This document shows positions 49,573 to 61,210 of a stretch of 64,000 nucleotides of DNA, in pieces. Source of the DNA: Clostridiales bacterium (GTDB lineage Bacteria; Bacillota; DSM-16504; Desulfitibacterales; JAICDB01); contig JAICDB010000005.1 of the NCBI GenBank assembly GCA_020063565.1, positions 3,849 through 67,848 of the forward strand, given 5' to 3'. The number at the start of each line of letters is the position of its first letter. Positions within the stretch are counted from its first letter, which is position 1. The translations under genes were made by a program, and so were the position numbers. The notes beneath the pieces are model-generated. The model was not told where the DNA came from. It did not search any database and saw only the letters and a program-made list of their open reading frames with translations.

Positions 49573-51138
49573 TTAAAACACACCCCCTATAGCTTGAGCA
49601 GCCTGAATTTTTGCAATAAGGGGTTCTACACCTATATTAATCAAATCGGTCATCGGTGCCGGGAAGAGACCGAATAAAATCAATACGCTAATAAGAATAA
49701 CAATAGGTACCATTTCAATTCCCTTTGCATCAGTAAGGTGGTCCCATTCCTCCTTACGAGGACCAAAGAAAACAAACTGTACAACCCTCAGAACATAAGT
49801 AGCTGTAATTACAATACCCAGTATGGCAAGTATTGATAAAGCTCTAAAGGGAATAAAGCCCAACACAACTTTATCAATAGTAAAGGATCCCACGAAAATT
49901 AGAAATTCAGCAACAAAGTTATTTAATCCAGGTAATCCCAGTGACGCCAAACCTGCTATAACAAATCCTGTAGCTACTCGCGGCATCTGGTGGGCTAATC
50001 CGCCAAACCTGGCAATCTCCCTTGTATGTGCTTTATGATAAATGTTACCTACAAGGGCAAAGAAGAGAGCTGTCATAATACCGTGCGCAAACATTTGAGC
50101 TACGGCACCATCTATACCCATTGAATTTAAAGAAGCAATTCCTAGAAGTACATATCCCATGTGACTAACACTAGAGTAACCGATAACAAACTTGAGATCT
50201 TTTTGTACCATAGCAACCATGGCACCATAAACCACATTCACTATACAGAGAACTGCAATTAAAGGAGCCCAGTATTTTGCACCCTCTGGGAAGAAAAAGA
50301 TCCCAAGTCTAATAATACCATAACCACCAAGCTTCATCAGAACGCCTGCGTGAAGCATACTTACCGCAGTAGGTGCAGCAACGTGACCGTCAGGTGACCA
50401 GGTGTGGAGGGGCCACATTGGAACAAGGAATCCAAAGCCTATTAACATTAAGAAGAAAGCAAACTTTTGGAAAGCTATGTCATAATGAACAGTTGCCAGT
50501 TTTTCAATGTCAAATGTCAAATATCCTAGATGTTGAGGTGCTCCCGCATAAAGGAAAGTTGCTATTATACCGATTAAGGCAAAAGCACTTCCGACAAGTA
50601 AGTATAGTGTTAATTTCATGGCAGCATACTCTTTGCGGGTACTTCCCCAAACTCCGATCAGGATGTACATCGGAATAACAGCTACTTCAAAGAAGAGATA
50701 GAAGAAAAACATATCCCTTGTTACGAATACTCCAAAAACACCTGCAACCAGAGCAAGAAGAAATATGAAAAATTCTTTTATCCTGGTATGCATATCCCAG
50801 GAAGCAAAAACTCCTGTAAAAATTACTATTGAAGTTAGTAGCACCAATGGCAGACTCATACCGTCTACACCAAGGGTATAATTTATGCCGAATCTATCGA
50901 CCCAGGGAATTGACTCAACAAATTGTACCCCGCCAACTGACCTGTCATAGGTCAGGAAAATAAAAATTGAAAGAGCTAATGATATAAAAGTTGCCACTGC
51001 TGCAGTAATCTTAATTAATAGCTCTTCCTTTTCAGGAATTAAAAGGATCGCAAGGACTCCAATAACAGGGGCTAATACTATCGCTGACAAAACAGGAAAG
51101 TTCATTGTATCCCTCCTAGCACGGGCATACCCATCCAC
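49573..51138 (-). CDS. nuoM: Complex I-like subunit M (likely start MNFPVL at 51105)
   Basis: LGVDG.S, PLHTWSPDGH..APT, MKLGGYG, YSSVSHMG. Confidence 0.94.
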   Translation of the reverse strand: MDGYARARRDTMNFPVLSAIVLAPVIGVLAILLIPEKEELLIKITAAVATFISLALSIFIFLTYDRSVGGVQFVESIPWVDRFGINYTLGVDGMSLPLVLLTSIVIFTGVFASWDMHTRIKEFFIFLLALVAGVFGVFVTRDMFFFYLFFEVAVIPMYILIGVWGSTRKEYAAMKLTLYLLVGSAFALIGIIATFLYAGAPQHLGYLTFDIEKLATVHYDIAFQKFAFFLMLIGFGFLVPMWPLHTWSPDGHVAAPTAVSMLHAGVLMKLGGYGIIRLGIFFFPEGAKYWAPLIAVLCIVNVVYGAMVAMVQKDLKFVIGYSSVSHMGYVLLGIASLNSMGIDGAVAQMFAHGIMTALFFALVGNIYHKAHTREIARFGGLAHQMPRVATGFVIAGLASLGLPGLNNFVAEFLIFVGSFTIDKVVLGFIPFRALSILAILGIVITATYVLRVVQFVFFGPRKEEWDHLTDAKGIEMVPIVILISVLILFGLFPAPMTDLINIGVEPLIAKIQAAQAIGGVF

Positions 51139-52982
51139 AGTACTATTAGAACTATAGCAATAAATATTACCAATGCATAGTTCTGTAAGCTACCTGTATG
51201 AATAAATCGCAATCTTGCACCGGCAGCCCTTATGGAATCTGAAATACCGTGAGCAGTTCCATCAACAACATTTCTATCATGCCATTTGAACATTGAGGCG
51301 ATTGTTAAAACTATATTGTCAAAGATCCACTGGTAAATTTCATCTATATAGTACTTGTTATAAAGGATGTTATGAATGGGCTGAAATCTGTTTTTAATTT
51401 TTTCTGCAGATATTACCTTTTTACCGTATACTAACCAAGCAAGTACTATACCTGCAATTGCCAATAATGTTGAAGTAAACATCAACATGTAATCAGGTGT
51501 TACATGATGAGGATGTTCAAAGTAAACTAAGCTTGCAAAACCGTGCTCAACAAATGGTGCACCCCAGAAGCCGATGAAGATAGAAAATACAGCCAAAATA
51601 ATTAACGGAACTGTCATACAAAGAGGTGATTCATGAGGTTCATGTTCAGTTCTATCTTCACCAAAGAACGCCACAAAAATTAACCTGAACATGTAAAATG
51701 CTGTTAGGAAAGCTACAATTGAACCAATTATATACAAACCGGTAAATCCAGCTTCCTTTGTAGCCAGTAAAATTTCATCCTTGCTCCAGAATCCTGCAAA
51801 AGGAGGAATGCCAGCAAGGGCCAGTGCACCAATTACAAATGTCCACGTAGTAACTTTCATCTTCTTCACTAAAGCGCCCATCTTCCAGATGCTGTTGCTA
51901 TGTACAGCATGAATGGCGCTACCTGCACCCAGGAAAAGAAGCGCTTTAAAGAAAGCGTGCGTTGTTAGGTGAAACATACCTGCAGTGATACTTCCAACAC
52001 CTACAGCCATTACCATATATCCCAGCTGACTGAGTGTAGAGAAAGCAAGAATTCTCTTTATATCATCCTGGACTACAGCAATAGTAGCTGCAAAGATGGA
52101 TGTAAATCCTCCTACATAGGCAATGGTAAGCAGGGATACAGGCGCAGCATGAAAGAGCACAAACTGTCTTGCAAGTAAGTAAACACCTGCAGCAACCATT
52201 GTAGCAGCGTGAATCAAAGCGCTAACCGGTGTAGGACCTTCCATTGCATCCGGCAGCCAAACATGTAACGGAAATTGAGCTGATTTGCCAATAGGCCCAA
52301 TGAATACAAGAATTGCTGCCATAGTCAGAAAAGCAATATTTTCATATCCATGAAAAGCCTCAGCAAGTTCTCCAAAGTTGAAAGTTCCAAATTGATAGAA
52401 GAGGAAAAAGATACCCAGCATAAAACCAAAGTCTGCAACCCTGTTGGTTATAAAAGCCTTTTTATTGGCATCAGCCGCTGATTTGCGACCGAAGTAAAAG
52501 CCGATTAAAAGATAGGAACACAAACCTACAAGTTCCCAAAAAAAGAACATTTGAAAATAGTTATTTGCAACCACAAGACCTAGCATTGAAGATGCAAAAA
52601 GCGACAGGTACGAATAAAAACGTGAAAATCCTGGATCTCCTTCCATGTATCCCATAGAGTATATTTCTACAAGCAGTGCAACAATACATACTACCAGGAG
52701 CATTACAGCAGTTAGTGGATCAATTAAAATCCCTGCATTGATCTCAATTCCTGGAACTGACATCCAACGCACAGAATACTCAACAGGATTTTCCATTGTA
52801 ATTCCCATCTGAAGAACCTCAAAGAAAATGCCCAGAGAAATCACTAAACTAGTAGCCATAGCAGCTATTGCCACCAGTGCGCTTAAAAGCTTAAATCGTT
52901 TTGTAGCCAGTGCAATAATTACAAACCCTAATGCTGGCAAGACTGGGATAAGCCATGCTAATTCAATCAATTTATTCACCAC
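51102..52982 (-). CDS. nuoL: Complex I-like subunit L
   Basis: WELVGLCSYLLIGF, GKSAQFPLHVWLPDAMEGPTPVSALIHAATMV, THAFFKALLFL. Confidence 0.96.
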   Translation of the reverse strand: MVNKLIELAWLIPVLPALGFVIIALATKRFKLLSALVAIAAMATSLVISLGIFFEVLQMGITMENPVEYSVRWMSVPGIEINAGILIDPLTAVMLLVVCIVALLVEIYSMGYMEGDPGFSRFYSYLSLFASSMLGLVVANNYFQMFFFWELVGLCSYLLIGFYFGRKSAADANKKAFITNRVADFGFMLGIFFLFYQFGTFNFGELAEAFHGYENIAFLTMAAILVFIGPIGKSAQFPLHVWLPDAMEGPTPVSALIHAATMVAAGVYLLARQFVLFHAAPVSLLTIAYVGGFTSIFAATIAVVQDDIKRILAFSTLSQLGYMVMAVGVGSITAGMFHLTTHAFFKALLFLGAGSAIHAVHSNSIWKMGALVKKMKVTTWTFVIGALALAGIPPFAGFWSKDEILLATKEAGFTGLYIIGSIVAFLTAFYMFRLIFVAFFGEDRTEHEPHESPLCMTVPLIILAVFSIFIGFWGAPFVEHGFASLVYFEHPHHVTPDYMLMFTSTLLAIAGIVLAWLVYGKKVISAEKIKNRFQPIHNILYNKYYIDEIYQWIFDNIVLTIASMFKWHDRNVVDGTAHGISDSIRAAGARLRFIHTGSLQNYALVIFIAIVLIVLWMGMPVLGGIQ

Positions 52983-52996
52983 CTTACATTAAACGT

Positions 52997-53305
52997 TTAC
53001 CACTTCAGCCAATCAATTTCGTCCACATTTGAAGTAAGCCTTTCTCTATATACCTTAACTACAAGAGCAAGTGCAACTGCAACTTCCGCAGCAGCAACAA
53101 CTATTACAAAAATAGTAAAGATAAAACCTGTTACAGCATCAGGGGTTAAAAACCTGTTAAAAGCAACAAGGTTTATATTCACTGAATTAAGCATTAATTC
53201 TATACCCATTAAAACAGCTATAGCATTTTTTTTGGATACAGCACCGTATAAGCCGATTGAAAATAGAACAGCTCCAAGTAACAAATAATGATAAATTGTT
53301 ATCAT
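52997..53305 (-). CDS. nuoK: Complex I-like subunit K
   Basis: [19 protein letters not shown]. Confidence 0.95.
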   Translation of the reverse strand: MITIYHYLLLGAVLFSIGLYGAVSKKNAIAVLMGIELMLNSVNINLVAFNRFLTPDAVTGFIFTIFVIVVAAAEVAVALALVVKVYRERLTSNVDEIDWLKW

Positions 53306-53808
53306 TGTTCTTTTTTCACTCCCCTTGCCAAAATAATGGCACCTACAAGGGCCTCAAGTAATAAAAGTGCAGCAACTTCAAAGGAAATAACAAAATCCCC
53401 CATCATTGCAATAGCAAGAGGCTCTACTACACTTTTCCCTACACTTTCTACAATTTCAAAACCACTGTTAAAAATCATGGAAACAGTTACTACGAGAAAA
53501 GCTAAACAAGCAAGTGACGCAATAATAGCGTATCCATTAAAGGGATTACTTGCTCTAATGTCACCACGCCTTGTAAGCATAACAGCAAAAACTATCAGAA
53601 TTGCAATTGCACCAGCATAAACAAGTATTTGTACCGCAGCTATAAAATCTGCTTGGAGTAATGCATAGATTCCTGCCATCCCTACAAAAGTTACGATTAG
53701 AAAAAGAGCGCTATGAACAATATTTTTCATGAAAACTACGGCTAATGCAGAAAGAACTATAACTGCGGATATTAGCCAGAAGAACAACGGTTCCAATGTA
53801 CCGTTCAT
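53302..53808 (-). CDS. nuoJ: Complex I-like subunit J
   Basis: [22 protein letters not shown]. Confidence 0.94.
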   Translation of the reverse strand: MNGTLEPLFFWLISAVIVLSALAVVFMKNIVHSALFLIVTFVGMAGIYALLQADFIAAVQILVYAGAIAILIVFAVMLTRRGDIRASNPFNGYAIIASLACLAFLVVTVSMIFNSGFEIVESVGKSVVEPLAIAMMGDFVISFEVAALLLLEALVGAIILARGVKKEQ

Positions 53809-53822
53809 ATTTTTTCACCCCT

Positions 53823-54248
53823 TTAGGCCTCAGACTTCTTCACTTTATCTTCTACCGAATTTTCGTCAGTTTGTCCTTCTACAAAGTAGTATACAGTATT
53901 ATCCCTGTGATAACAGGAAAGTTCAAAATCCTGTGTAAAGTTCAAAGCATCAGTAGGGCAAGATTCCACACATAAACCACAGAATAGGCAATAACCTAAT
54001 TCCATTTTATAACCGGTAAGTTTTCTTTTCTTATCTTCACCACGTACGCTTTGTACTTCAATTACATTATTAGGACATGCATTGGCACAAATGCCACAGG
54101 CTATACACTTTTCTTCAATCAATTCAAAAAAGCAACGTGTACATGGAGGAAGGTTTGGCTTTACTTCAGGATATTTTTGGGTAATAGTTTTGCCAAACAA
54201 ATGCCCCACGGTAATTTTTAAACCCTCTAATAATCCTTTTCCATACAC
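53823..54248 (-). CDS. nuoI: Complex I-like subunit I (2x[4Fe-4S])
   Basis: CIACGICANACP and CLFCGLCVESCP. Confidence 0.94.
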   Translation of the reverse strand: MYGKGLLEGLKITVGHLFGKTITQKYPEVKPNLPPCTRCFFELIEEKCIACGICANACPNNVIEVQSVRGEDKKRKLTGYKMELGYCLFCGLCVESCPTDALNFTQDFELSCYHRDNTVYYFVEGQTDENSVEDKVKKSEA

Positions 54249-54262
54249 TAGGTCCTCACCCC

Positions 54263-55303
54263 CTAAAACCAGTTAAGCCAATTAACCAACTTTATTCCTA
54301 TTCCAGTTATAACAATATTTACCAAAGATAATGGTAATAAAAATTTCCAATTAAAATGCATCAAGTGATCAATCCTAATCCTCGGGAATGTCCAGCGAAC
54401 CCACATGTAAAGGAAAATCATAATATACAACTTAATCACAAACCACATCCAGGAAGGTAAAATCGGTCCCTGCCATCCTCCAAGGAAAAGTGTTACAGCA
54501 ATTGCAGATATACTAACCATATTAGCATACTCTGCAAGGAAAAAGAGGGCAAACATCATTCCGCTGTATTCAGTATATGGTCCCGCAACCAATTCCTGTT
54601 CACCTTCGGGCAAATCAAAGGGAGCCCTATTAAGCTCAGCAATTGAAGAAATAAAAAATATGATAAACGCAATTGGTTGGAGAATTATAAACCAAACATC
54701 TTTTTGAGCAGCAATTATGTCTGACATCTTAAGGGAACCTGCTATCATAATTACACCAAGCAAAGAAAATACAAGAGGAATTTCATAGCTGACCATTTGG
54801 GCAACAGTTCTCATTCCACCTAGTAATGAATACTTATTGTTGGATCCCCAGCCTCCCATAATAAATGCGATGGTCGCTGTCGAAGATATAGCAATGAAAT
54901 AAAAAATACCGATATTTAAATCAATAGCAATCATTTTTTTACCAAAGGGTATTACTGCATACAACATAACTGCCGGAATAAAAACTACTATCGTTGCAAG
55001 TATAAATACCCATTTATCAGCAGCTTTTGGAATAATTAATTCTTTACCAAAAAGCTTGATAACATCAGCAATTGTCTGAAAAGCCCCATTAGGTCCCAGT
55101 CTGTTCGGTCCCGGTCTCTGTTGAAAGTATCCTGATAGCTTTCTTTCCAATAGCACTAACACTAGTACATTCAATAATACAAATCCTATTATGGCCGATA
55201 CATGAAACAATGCCATTAGTATAGAAGTTATCTCGGGACCAAAATTTAAGGAACTAAACAATTGCTTTGCAAAGTCTGCAATTCTTAAAAAGATTCCTTC
55301 CAT
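54263..55303 (-). CDS. nuoH: Complex I-like subunit H
   Basis: ERK....[36 protein letters not shown]. Confidence 0.96.
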   Translation of the reverse strand: MEGIFLRIADFAKQLFSSLNFGPEITSILMALFHVSAIIGFVLLNVLVLVLLERKLSGYFQQRPGPNRLGPNGAFQTIADVIKLFGKELIIPKAADKWVFILATIVVFIPAVMLYAVIPFGKKMIAIDLNIGIFYFIAISSTATIAFIMGGWGSNNKYSLLGGMRTVAQMVSYEIPLVFSLLGVIMIAGSLKMSDIIAAQKDVWFIILQPIAFIIFFISSIAELNRAPFDLPEGEQELVAGPYTEYSGMMFALFFLAEYANMVSISAIAVTLFLGGWQGPILPSWMWFVIKLYIMIFLYMWVRWTFPRIRIDHLMHFNWKFLLPLSLVNIVITGIGIKLVNWLNWF

Positions 55304-55329
55304 GTTATTTCTCCCCTATACTTATTTTT

Positions 55330-56448
55330 TTACCTATCAATTTCTCCTAACACCGGATCAAGAGAAGCAAGAACAGCTATTGCATCCTGTACCTTACCAC
55401 CCTTTGCCATTTCAGGAAAAGCACCTATATTAACAAATGATGGGCCATGAACGTGTAATCGATAGGGATTTTTGGAACCGTCACTTACTAAGTAATAACC
55501 AAGTATCCCCTTGGAACCTTCAATTTGGAAGTAACATTCGCCCTTCGGCGGCTTGATAACTTTAGGTACCTTAGCCATAATATTGCCCTTTTCAGGCATT
55601 TGCTCATAAGCTTGTCTGATTATCTTAATACTTTGCCTCATTTCAGCAATCCTTACATACCATCTGTCAAATGAATCACCTTGTTTTCCAACAGGTACCT
55701 CAAATTCAAAGCGATCATAAATACTGTAGGGACAATCTTTTCTTAAGTCAAATTTTAAACCTGTTGCCCTTAAATTAGGTCCTGTGATACCGTAATTTAA
55801 TGTTGTTTCAGTATCCATAATACCTACATTTTTACATCTCGCTTGAAAGATCTCGTTGCCAGTAATAAGACCATCTAACTCATCAAGGCCCTTTTCTAAA
55901 TCATCCAGTACACCAGATAAAGCCTCCATAAATTCAGGAGTAACATCAGCACAAACTCCACCAATTCGCATATAGTTGACAGTTAATCTGGAACCAGCAA
56001 CCATCTCAAAAAGGTCTAAAATTTTTTCCCTATCCCTAAAAGCATACATCCAGCCAGTAAAACCGTTTAGGTCTAATGCAAAACTTCCTGCAAACACAAG
56101 GTGACTGGCTATTCTCTGAAGTTCACCCATGATAACACGTAAATACTCAGCCCTTTCGGGAACTTCAATTTCCATTAATTTTTCTACTACCCCTACATAG
56201 CCCCAGTTGTTTAAAATTGCAGCAAGATAATCCATTCTATCGGTATAAGGAATAAACTGCGTGTAAGTTCTGCTTTCTGCTATTTTTTCCATCCCACGGT
56301 GTAAATATCCAAGATGGTTTTCTATATCAATGACATTTTCACCATCTAGGGTGAGTACGGCACGATATACTCCGTGGGTACTGGGGTGCTGGGGACCTAA
56401 ATTTATTTTAATTTCTTCAGTTCTCATTACTTTTTCTTCATTTCCCAT
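55330..56448 (-). CDS. nuoD: Complex I-like subunit D
   Basis: [35 protein letters not shown]; no NiFe CxxC motifs. Confidence 0.95.
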   Translation of the reverse strand: MGNEEKVMRTEEIKINLGPQHPSTHGVYRAVLTLDGENVIDIENHLGYLHRGMEKIAESRTYTQFIPYTDRMDYLAAILNNWGYVGVVEKLMEIEVPERAEYLRVIMGELQRIASHLVFAGSFALDLNGFTGWMYAFRDREKILDLFEMVAGSRLTVNYMRIGGVCADVTPEFMEALSGVLDDLEKGLDELDGLITGNEIFQARCKNVGIMDTETTLNYGITGPNLRATGLKFDLRKDCPYSIYDRFEFEVPVGKQGDSFDRWYVRIAEMRQSIKIIRQAYEQMPEKGNIMAKVPKVIKPPKGECYFQIEGSKGILGYYLVSDGSKNPYRLHVHGPSFVNIGAFPEMAKGGKVQDAIAVLASLDPVLGEIDR

Positions 56449-56476
56449 AAAAACTACCCCTTGTCACGAATTTTTC

Positions 56477-56923
56477 TTATTTAGCAGCACGCTGATTTAA
56501 CTTGAAATCTTTTCTTAGGGCATGTCCTTCAAAATCATCAGGACATAAAATTCGTTTTAGATTAGGATGCCCGGCGAACTTAATCCCAAGCAAATCATAT
56601 GCTTCTCTTTCCTGAATAACAGCAGCCTTCCATAATTTTGAAAGACTATCCACTTCAGGGTTGTTTTTATCGAGCTTAGTTTTTACCCGTAAAAGTTGAC
56701 AATTGTCAAGGTTCATCAGATGATATACAACTTCCATGTGATCTTCATAATCTGCACCTGTTAAATCTGCCAATAATTTAAAATTAAATTCGTCCTCTTC
56801 CTTCAAAGCTTCCATTACCCGAAGCAAATTCTCTTTTGTAACCCAGATTGCAGGTTGGATTGATTCTTCAACCTCAGAAATCATATCACCAAATCTCTTT
56901 TGTAATTTATCCATCATTTCCAA
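56477..56923 (-). CDS. nuoC: Complex I-like subunit C
   Basis: EREAYDLLGI.F.GHPNLKRIL..DFEGH.LRKDF. Confidence 0.94.
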   Translation of the reverse strand: MEMMDKLQKRFGDMISEVEESIQPAIWVTKENLLRVMEALKEEDEFNFKLLADLTGADYEDHMEVVYHLMNLDNCQLLRVKTKLDKNNPEVDSLSKLWKAAVIQEREAYDLLGIKFAGHPNLKRILCPDDFEGHALRKDFKLNQRAAK

Positions 56924-56924
56924 A

Positions 56925-57467
56925 TTACTTCACCCTCGCTACATTAGGGTTAATTACCCTCTTTCTAAGTTCTAATAATCCATCAATTAAGGCTTCCGGA
57001 CGTGGAGGACAACCTGGAATATAAACATCTACAGGCAAAAAGGTATCTGCACCGTCTACCACATTATAACCACCTGCAAAAGGGCCTCCACTTATTGCAC
57101 AAGAACCCATGGCAATTACCCATTTGGGTTCCGCCATCTGATCATAAATTCTTTGTACTAAAGGTTGCATTTTTTTAGTAATTGTGCCGGCTACAATCAT
57201 CACATCGGCTTGTCTTGGCGATGGCCTAAAGACCTCATAGCCAAATCGTGATATATCATATCTTGCCCCTCCTGCAGCCATCATCTCGATAGCACAACAG
57301 GCCAAACCAAAAGTAACTGGCCAAAAGGAATGGGCTCTAGCAAAATTAAAAATATAATCCACGCTACTCAGAATAATATTCTTGTTTACTAGCTCCTCCA
57401 CTTGTGCATCACTAGGTTGTTTTTGTATTACAGCCATTCCAGTGCACCCTCCTTCCATGCATACCAT
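56925..57467 (-). CDS. nuoB: Complex I-like subunit B (likely start near 57437)
   Basis: [29 protein letters not shown]. Confidence 0.96.
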   Translation of the reverse strand: MVCMEGGCTGMAVIQKQPSDAQVEELVNKNIILSSVDYIFNFARAHSFWPVTFGLACCAIEMMAAGGARYDISRFGYEVFRPSPRQADVMIVAGTITKKMQPLVQRIYDQMAEPKWVIAMGSCAISGGPFAGGYNVVDGADTFLPVDVYIPGCPPRPEALIDGLLELRKRVINPNVARVK

Positions 57468-57784
57468 AAGCCAATAACTAAAATTGCAATAAAGATTATC
57501 ATTTCAATAAAAGCAAACAGACCTAACTTTTGAAACATTACTGCCCAGGGATATAAGAATAGGGTTTCAACATCAAATATAAGAAAAACCAAAGCATACA
57601 AAAAATAGCTTATTTTAAATTGAACCCATGTTGGTCCCTGCGTATCCAACCCACACTCATAGGTAGTTATTTTTGCTGCAGTGGGATTGGTTGGGCCAAA
57701 AATTTTGGCCAAAACTAAAGCTATTATAGCGAAGAAAATACCAAACCCGAAAAAGGTCAAGACAGCATAAAATTGTTGAAGCAT
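57428..57784 (-). CDS. nuoA: Complex I-like subunit A
   Basis: [27 protein letters not shown]. Confidence 0.95.
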   Translation of the reverse strand: MLQQFYAVLTFFGFGIFFAIIALVLAKIFGPTNPTAAKITTYECGLDTQGPTWVQFKISYFLYALVFLIFDVETLFLYPWAVMFQKLGLFAFIEMIIFIAILVIGLWYAWKEGALEWL

Positions 57785-57931
57785 TACCTTACCTCCCCTC
57801 TACCAAACTCCAAAAGTTTAACTTCGCCATAAAACTAAAAAAAACTGCTAAGAAGTACTTGTGATAACTTAATAGAATGGCAATTACTATTATTGATATA
57901 TTTAATGCAAATATTTATATTTTTAATAATT

Positions 57932-58741
57932 TTAATTATTTTCTTTAATAACCCCAGCAAAGGTAAGTCGATGCTCAGGGCACGGTCCAAAGCGCTTTAT
58001 ACATTCATAGTGTTCTTTAGTTGGATATCCTTTATGTATTTCAAAATTGTATTGTGGATATTTTTTTGATATGTTTTCCATATATTTATCCCGTGACACT
58101 TTAGCAATGATACTAGCAGCAGCTATAGAAGCGCTTTTATCTTCTCCCTTGACAAGGGATGTTTGCGGTATGGAGAGCAAATCTAATTTTAAAGCATCTA
58201 TAAGAATATGGACGGGTTTTATTTTTAACCTGGTAATTGCCTTAACCATTGCAAGTTTAGTGGCTTCCAGTATATTATAGCTGTCTATGACCTTGGCAGA
58301 ACAATATCCTACTCCCCAAGCAAGGGATTTTTCTTTAATTTCTTCAAAAAGTTCTTCTCGCCTAGCTTTGCTAACTTTTTTAGAATCTTTAAGTCCGGTA
58401 ATATTGCATTCCAATGGTAAAATTACTGCTGCTGCAAAAACCGGACCTGCAAGCGGTCCTCTACCTGCCTCATCTATACCTGCCACGGGGTATATTGAGT
58501 TCATATAAAGTTTTCTTTCATAGAAAAAAAGCTTCTCTAAACGCTTTTTTTCAAGTTCAAGTTGTTTTATTTTTTGCTGGTACCTTTGTAATAATTTCTG
58601 AACTCCCAGTCTGCTATCATTATGCATAGCTTGAAGTATCTCAGTCTCAATATGATCCTTATTTTTTAAATACTCTTCCAATTGTTTAATGGTTAATTTT
58701 TCAATTTTAATTTCGTCTTTTTTCATTTTCAGGCAACCCAT
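57932..58741 (-). CDS. rnhB: Ribonuclease HII
   Basis: AGIDEAGRGPLAGPV, DSKK, SIAAASIIAKVSRD, HKGYPT. Confidence 0.96.
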   Translation of the reverse strand: MGCLKMKKDEIKIEKLTIKQLEEYLKNKDHIETEILQAMHNDSRLGVQKLLQRYQQKIKQLELEKKRLEKLFFYERKLYMNSIYPVAGIDEAGRGPLAGPVFAAAVILPLECNITGLKDSKKVSKARREELFEEIKEKSLAWGVGYCSAKVIDSYNILEATKLAMVKAITRLKIKPVHILIDALKLDLLSIPQTSLVKGEDKSASIAAASIIAKVSRDKYMENISKKYPQYNFEIHKGYPTKEHYECIKRFGPCPEHRLTFAGVIKENN

Positions 58742-59567
58742 CTAAAGTTAATCTTGTTATTTTACCTGTTCTAAACTCCTTTAAAACAATAGCAGCAGTT
58801 GAATGTAAATCAACTTCATTACCTTTTTGGAGGCATCCCTTTTTAAGTCCTATTTCCTGCAACAACTGTTCCGGAGTATAATCATCAACCATTAAATCAT
58901 AACGTTCTGACAACTGTTTCGGGTAATTTTCCTGCAAATATTCCAATAATTTTAAAACTAACTCAACCCTGTCATACGCATTTTCACCTATTGCATTGAG
59001 GGCTGCAAGCTTAAAGCCTACACCCTCTCCTGTTAATTTGGGCCAGAGTACTCCCGGAGTATCCAATAACTCTATTCCCTTTCTTATCCTGATCCATTGC
59101 TTTCCCCTTGTTACTCCTGGCTTGTCACCTGTTTTTGCAGTTGCTTTACCTACCAGCTTGTTAATAAAAGCTGACTTACCAACGTTAGGAATACCTATAA
59201 CCATAACCCTTACCGGAAGTACCATTCTGCGTATTCTAGCATTCTTTCTACTATTTTGAATACTACTTAAAGTTCGTATAACTTTAGGAATACCTTCCCC
59301 TGACAAAGAGTTTACAGCAATACAACGCAAGTTAAGGTTCTGATAATACTTTACCCATTCTCTTGTTGCTGCTTTTTCAGCCAAATCACTTTTGTTCAAA
59401 ACACAGATTCTGAATTTGTCCTTCAAAATCTCATCAAATTCAGGGTTTTTACTGGACATTGGCACCCTTGCATCAAGTAATTCAATTACAGCCTGTACCA
59501 GTTTTAAATTTTCCTTTAAGAGCCTTTTGCTCTTTACCATATGACCTGGATACCATTGTATATCCAT
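58707..59567 (-). CDS. rbgA: Ribosome biogenesis GTPase RbgA/YlqF
   Basis: IQWYPGHM, DAR.P, NKSDL, GIPNVGKS, LLDTPG. Confidence 0.96.
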   Translation of the reverse strand: MDIQWYPGHMVKSKRLLKENLKLVQAVIELLDARVPMSSKNPEFDEILKDKFRICVLNKSDLAEKAATREWVKYYQNLNLRCIAVNSLSGEGIPKVIRTLSSIQNSRKNARIRRMVLPVRVMVIGIPNVGKSAFINKLVGKATAKTGDKPGVTRGKQWIRIRKGIELLDTPGVLWPKLTGEGVGFKLAALNAIGENAYDRVELVLKLLEYLQENYPKQLSERYDLMVDDYTPEQLLQEIGLKKGCLQKGNEVDLHSTAAIVLKEFRTGKITRLTLDGLPENEKRRN

Positions 59568-59577
59568 CTTTACACCC

Positions 59578-60099
59578 TCATTGTCTTAGTAAGCCTATCC
59601 TGGAGATAGGCCAGAATCTGAAAATTGCTTTGCTAACAATAAATTTTTTGTTTAATGGCCCCCAATATCTACTGTCATAACTGTCTTCTCTATTATCTCC
59701 CATTACAAACACTGAACCTGCAGGAACTTTCACAGGGCCAAATGGAGAAACTTCGATGTTTTGAGGTAGATATTCCTCTGCAATTTTTTTATTGTTAACA
59801 TAGAGACTGTTATTTTTAATCTGAACTATATCATTTTCCAGTGCTACTACCCTTTTTATGTAATCTTTGGAAGTATCAAGCGGAAATTTGAATACAACTA
59901 TATCCCCTACTTTTATGGGATTAAAAAAATAAGGTATTTTACTAGCAATTATTCTATCACCTGGCTTCAGCGTAGGCTGCATTGATGGCGAAGGAATATA
60001 AAAGGGCTGGAAAATAAATATTCTTATCACAAATGCCAATAAAACAGCGAATAAAGCTGTTTTAAGGATATCAACCCAGACAAGATAGTTACTTTTCAT
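59578..60099 (-). CDS. lepB: Signal peptidase I
   Basis: SPSMQPTL, YIKRV, MGDNR.DS.DSR.WG. Confidence 0.95.
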   Translation of the reverse strand: MKSNYLVWVDILKTALFAVLLAFVIRIFIFQPFYIPSPSMQPTLKPGDRIIASKIPYFFNPIKVGDIVVFKFPLDTSKDYIKRVVALENDIVQIKNNSLYVNNKKIAEEYLPQNIEVSPFGPVKVPAGSVFVMGDNREDSYDSRYWGPLNKKFIVSKAIFRFWPISRIGLLRQ

Positions 60100-60183
60100 G
60101 CAGATAAAACACCATCCATATTTTCCACTATATACAATCCAAAGATAGAAACTTTAAAGTCAAAAATGTCCTTAAAGTCAAGA

Positions 60184-60205
60184 AGGACTGAAGTATTCAG
60201 TCCCT
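60184..60205 (-). terminator. Hairpin after rplS
   Basis: AGGACTGAA-GTA-TTCAGTCCC. Confidence 0.5.
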
Positions 60206-60210
60206 AAAAT

Positions 60211-60549
60211 TTAAGCATTCTTAATTCTTGCAGCCTTACCGACACGATTGCGCAAATAGAATAATTTAGCTCTTCTGACTTTTCCTTTACGAATCACTTC
60301 TATACGATCAATTCTTGGAGAGTGAACAGGAAATGTTCTCTCAACAGCAACACCATAAGAAATACGCCTTACTGTAAAAGTTTCTCTTATTCCGGAACCC
60401 TGTCTTTTCAAAACAGTCCCTTCAAAAACCTGAATTCTTTCTCTATTACCTTCAACAACTTTCACATGAACTCTAACTGTATCTCCAGGACCAAAGTTAG
60501 GAATATCCTTTCTTTGTTGCTGTTTTTCAATAGACTGGATAGTGTCCAT
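60211..60549 (-). CDS. rplS: 50S ribosomal protein L19
   Basis: [32 protein letters not shown]. Confidence 0.98.
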   Translation of the reverse strand: MDTIQSIEKQQQRKDIPNFGPGDTVRVHVKVVEGNRERIQVFEGTVLKRQGSGIRETFTVRRISYGVAVERTFPVHSPRIDRIEVIRKGKVRRAKLFYLRNRVGKAARIKNA

Positions 60550-60631
60550 TATGTAACCTCCTTCCCCTACATAAGCGTTTCACATTTGGCACATCGACAA
60601 TTATAGCATAACGATACCCTGTTTACAATAC

Positions 60632-61201
60632 TCACCACCACTTTTCACCATAAATCCTATCTATTATAATGGAAGCTGCACTTCTAACAGAGAGATGGTT
60701 ATAATCCCCCAACCCGGGGATTGGATCCAGGATATAATCTGCACTATTAAACACTTTTTTAGATAATCCCCAACCCGTACCGAAAAGTAATAAGTAAACT
60801 CCACCATTTGTTATTTTATCCCTCATGGTTTTAAAAGATACCGAATTATTCAGCTTTTTGGCGCCGGTTGTAATAATTTTCGGTTGTTCACCATCTGTAG
60901 CTTTGATCCTATCACATACCTCTTCAATAGATTTAACAAGTTCTATTGTAGAAATTGCTTTCTTTCTATGCTGATTATATTGAGCGCCTGCACCATCTTT
61001 CCAATAAGACAATAACTCATTTATTAATTTATGTTGTTTTGGGAGTGGTTGGATAATAAAATACTTTCTAAGTTGATAAGTAGCTGCCAAGCGTGCTATA
61101 TCATGTATGTCCAGGTTTGTAACAGAAGTTACAATTTCTTCACCCTTCTGATTTATAACAGGACTGTGTACCAATCCTGCATATAATTTTCCTTTTCCCA
61201 T
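60632..61201 (-). CDS. SPOUT-class RNA methyltransferase (DUF2168-like)
   Basis: TSVTNLDIHDIAR, LLFGTGWGL, YNHLSVRSA. Confidence 0.88.
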   Translation of the reverse strand: MGKGKLYAGLVHSPVINQKGEEIVTSVTNLDIHDIARLAATYQLRKYFIIQPLPKQHKLINELLSYWKDGAGAQYNQHRKKAISTIELVKSIEEVCDRIKATDGEQPKIITTGAKKLNNSVSFKTMRDKITNGGVYLLLFGTGWGLSKKVFNSADYILDPIPGLGDYNHLSVRSAASIIIDRIYGEKWW

Positions 61202-61210
61202 ATATTGCTT

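Noticed and set aside
55330-57467. Group 4 [NiFe]-hydrogenase
   Set aside because: The large subunit lacks both CxxC nickel-binding motifs, so it is NuoD-like.
57858-57880. Rex operator upstream of nuoA
   Set aside because: Only the TTGTGA half-site matches; the other arm is poor.
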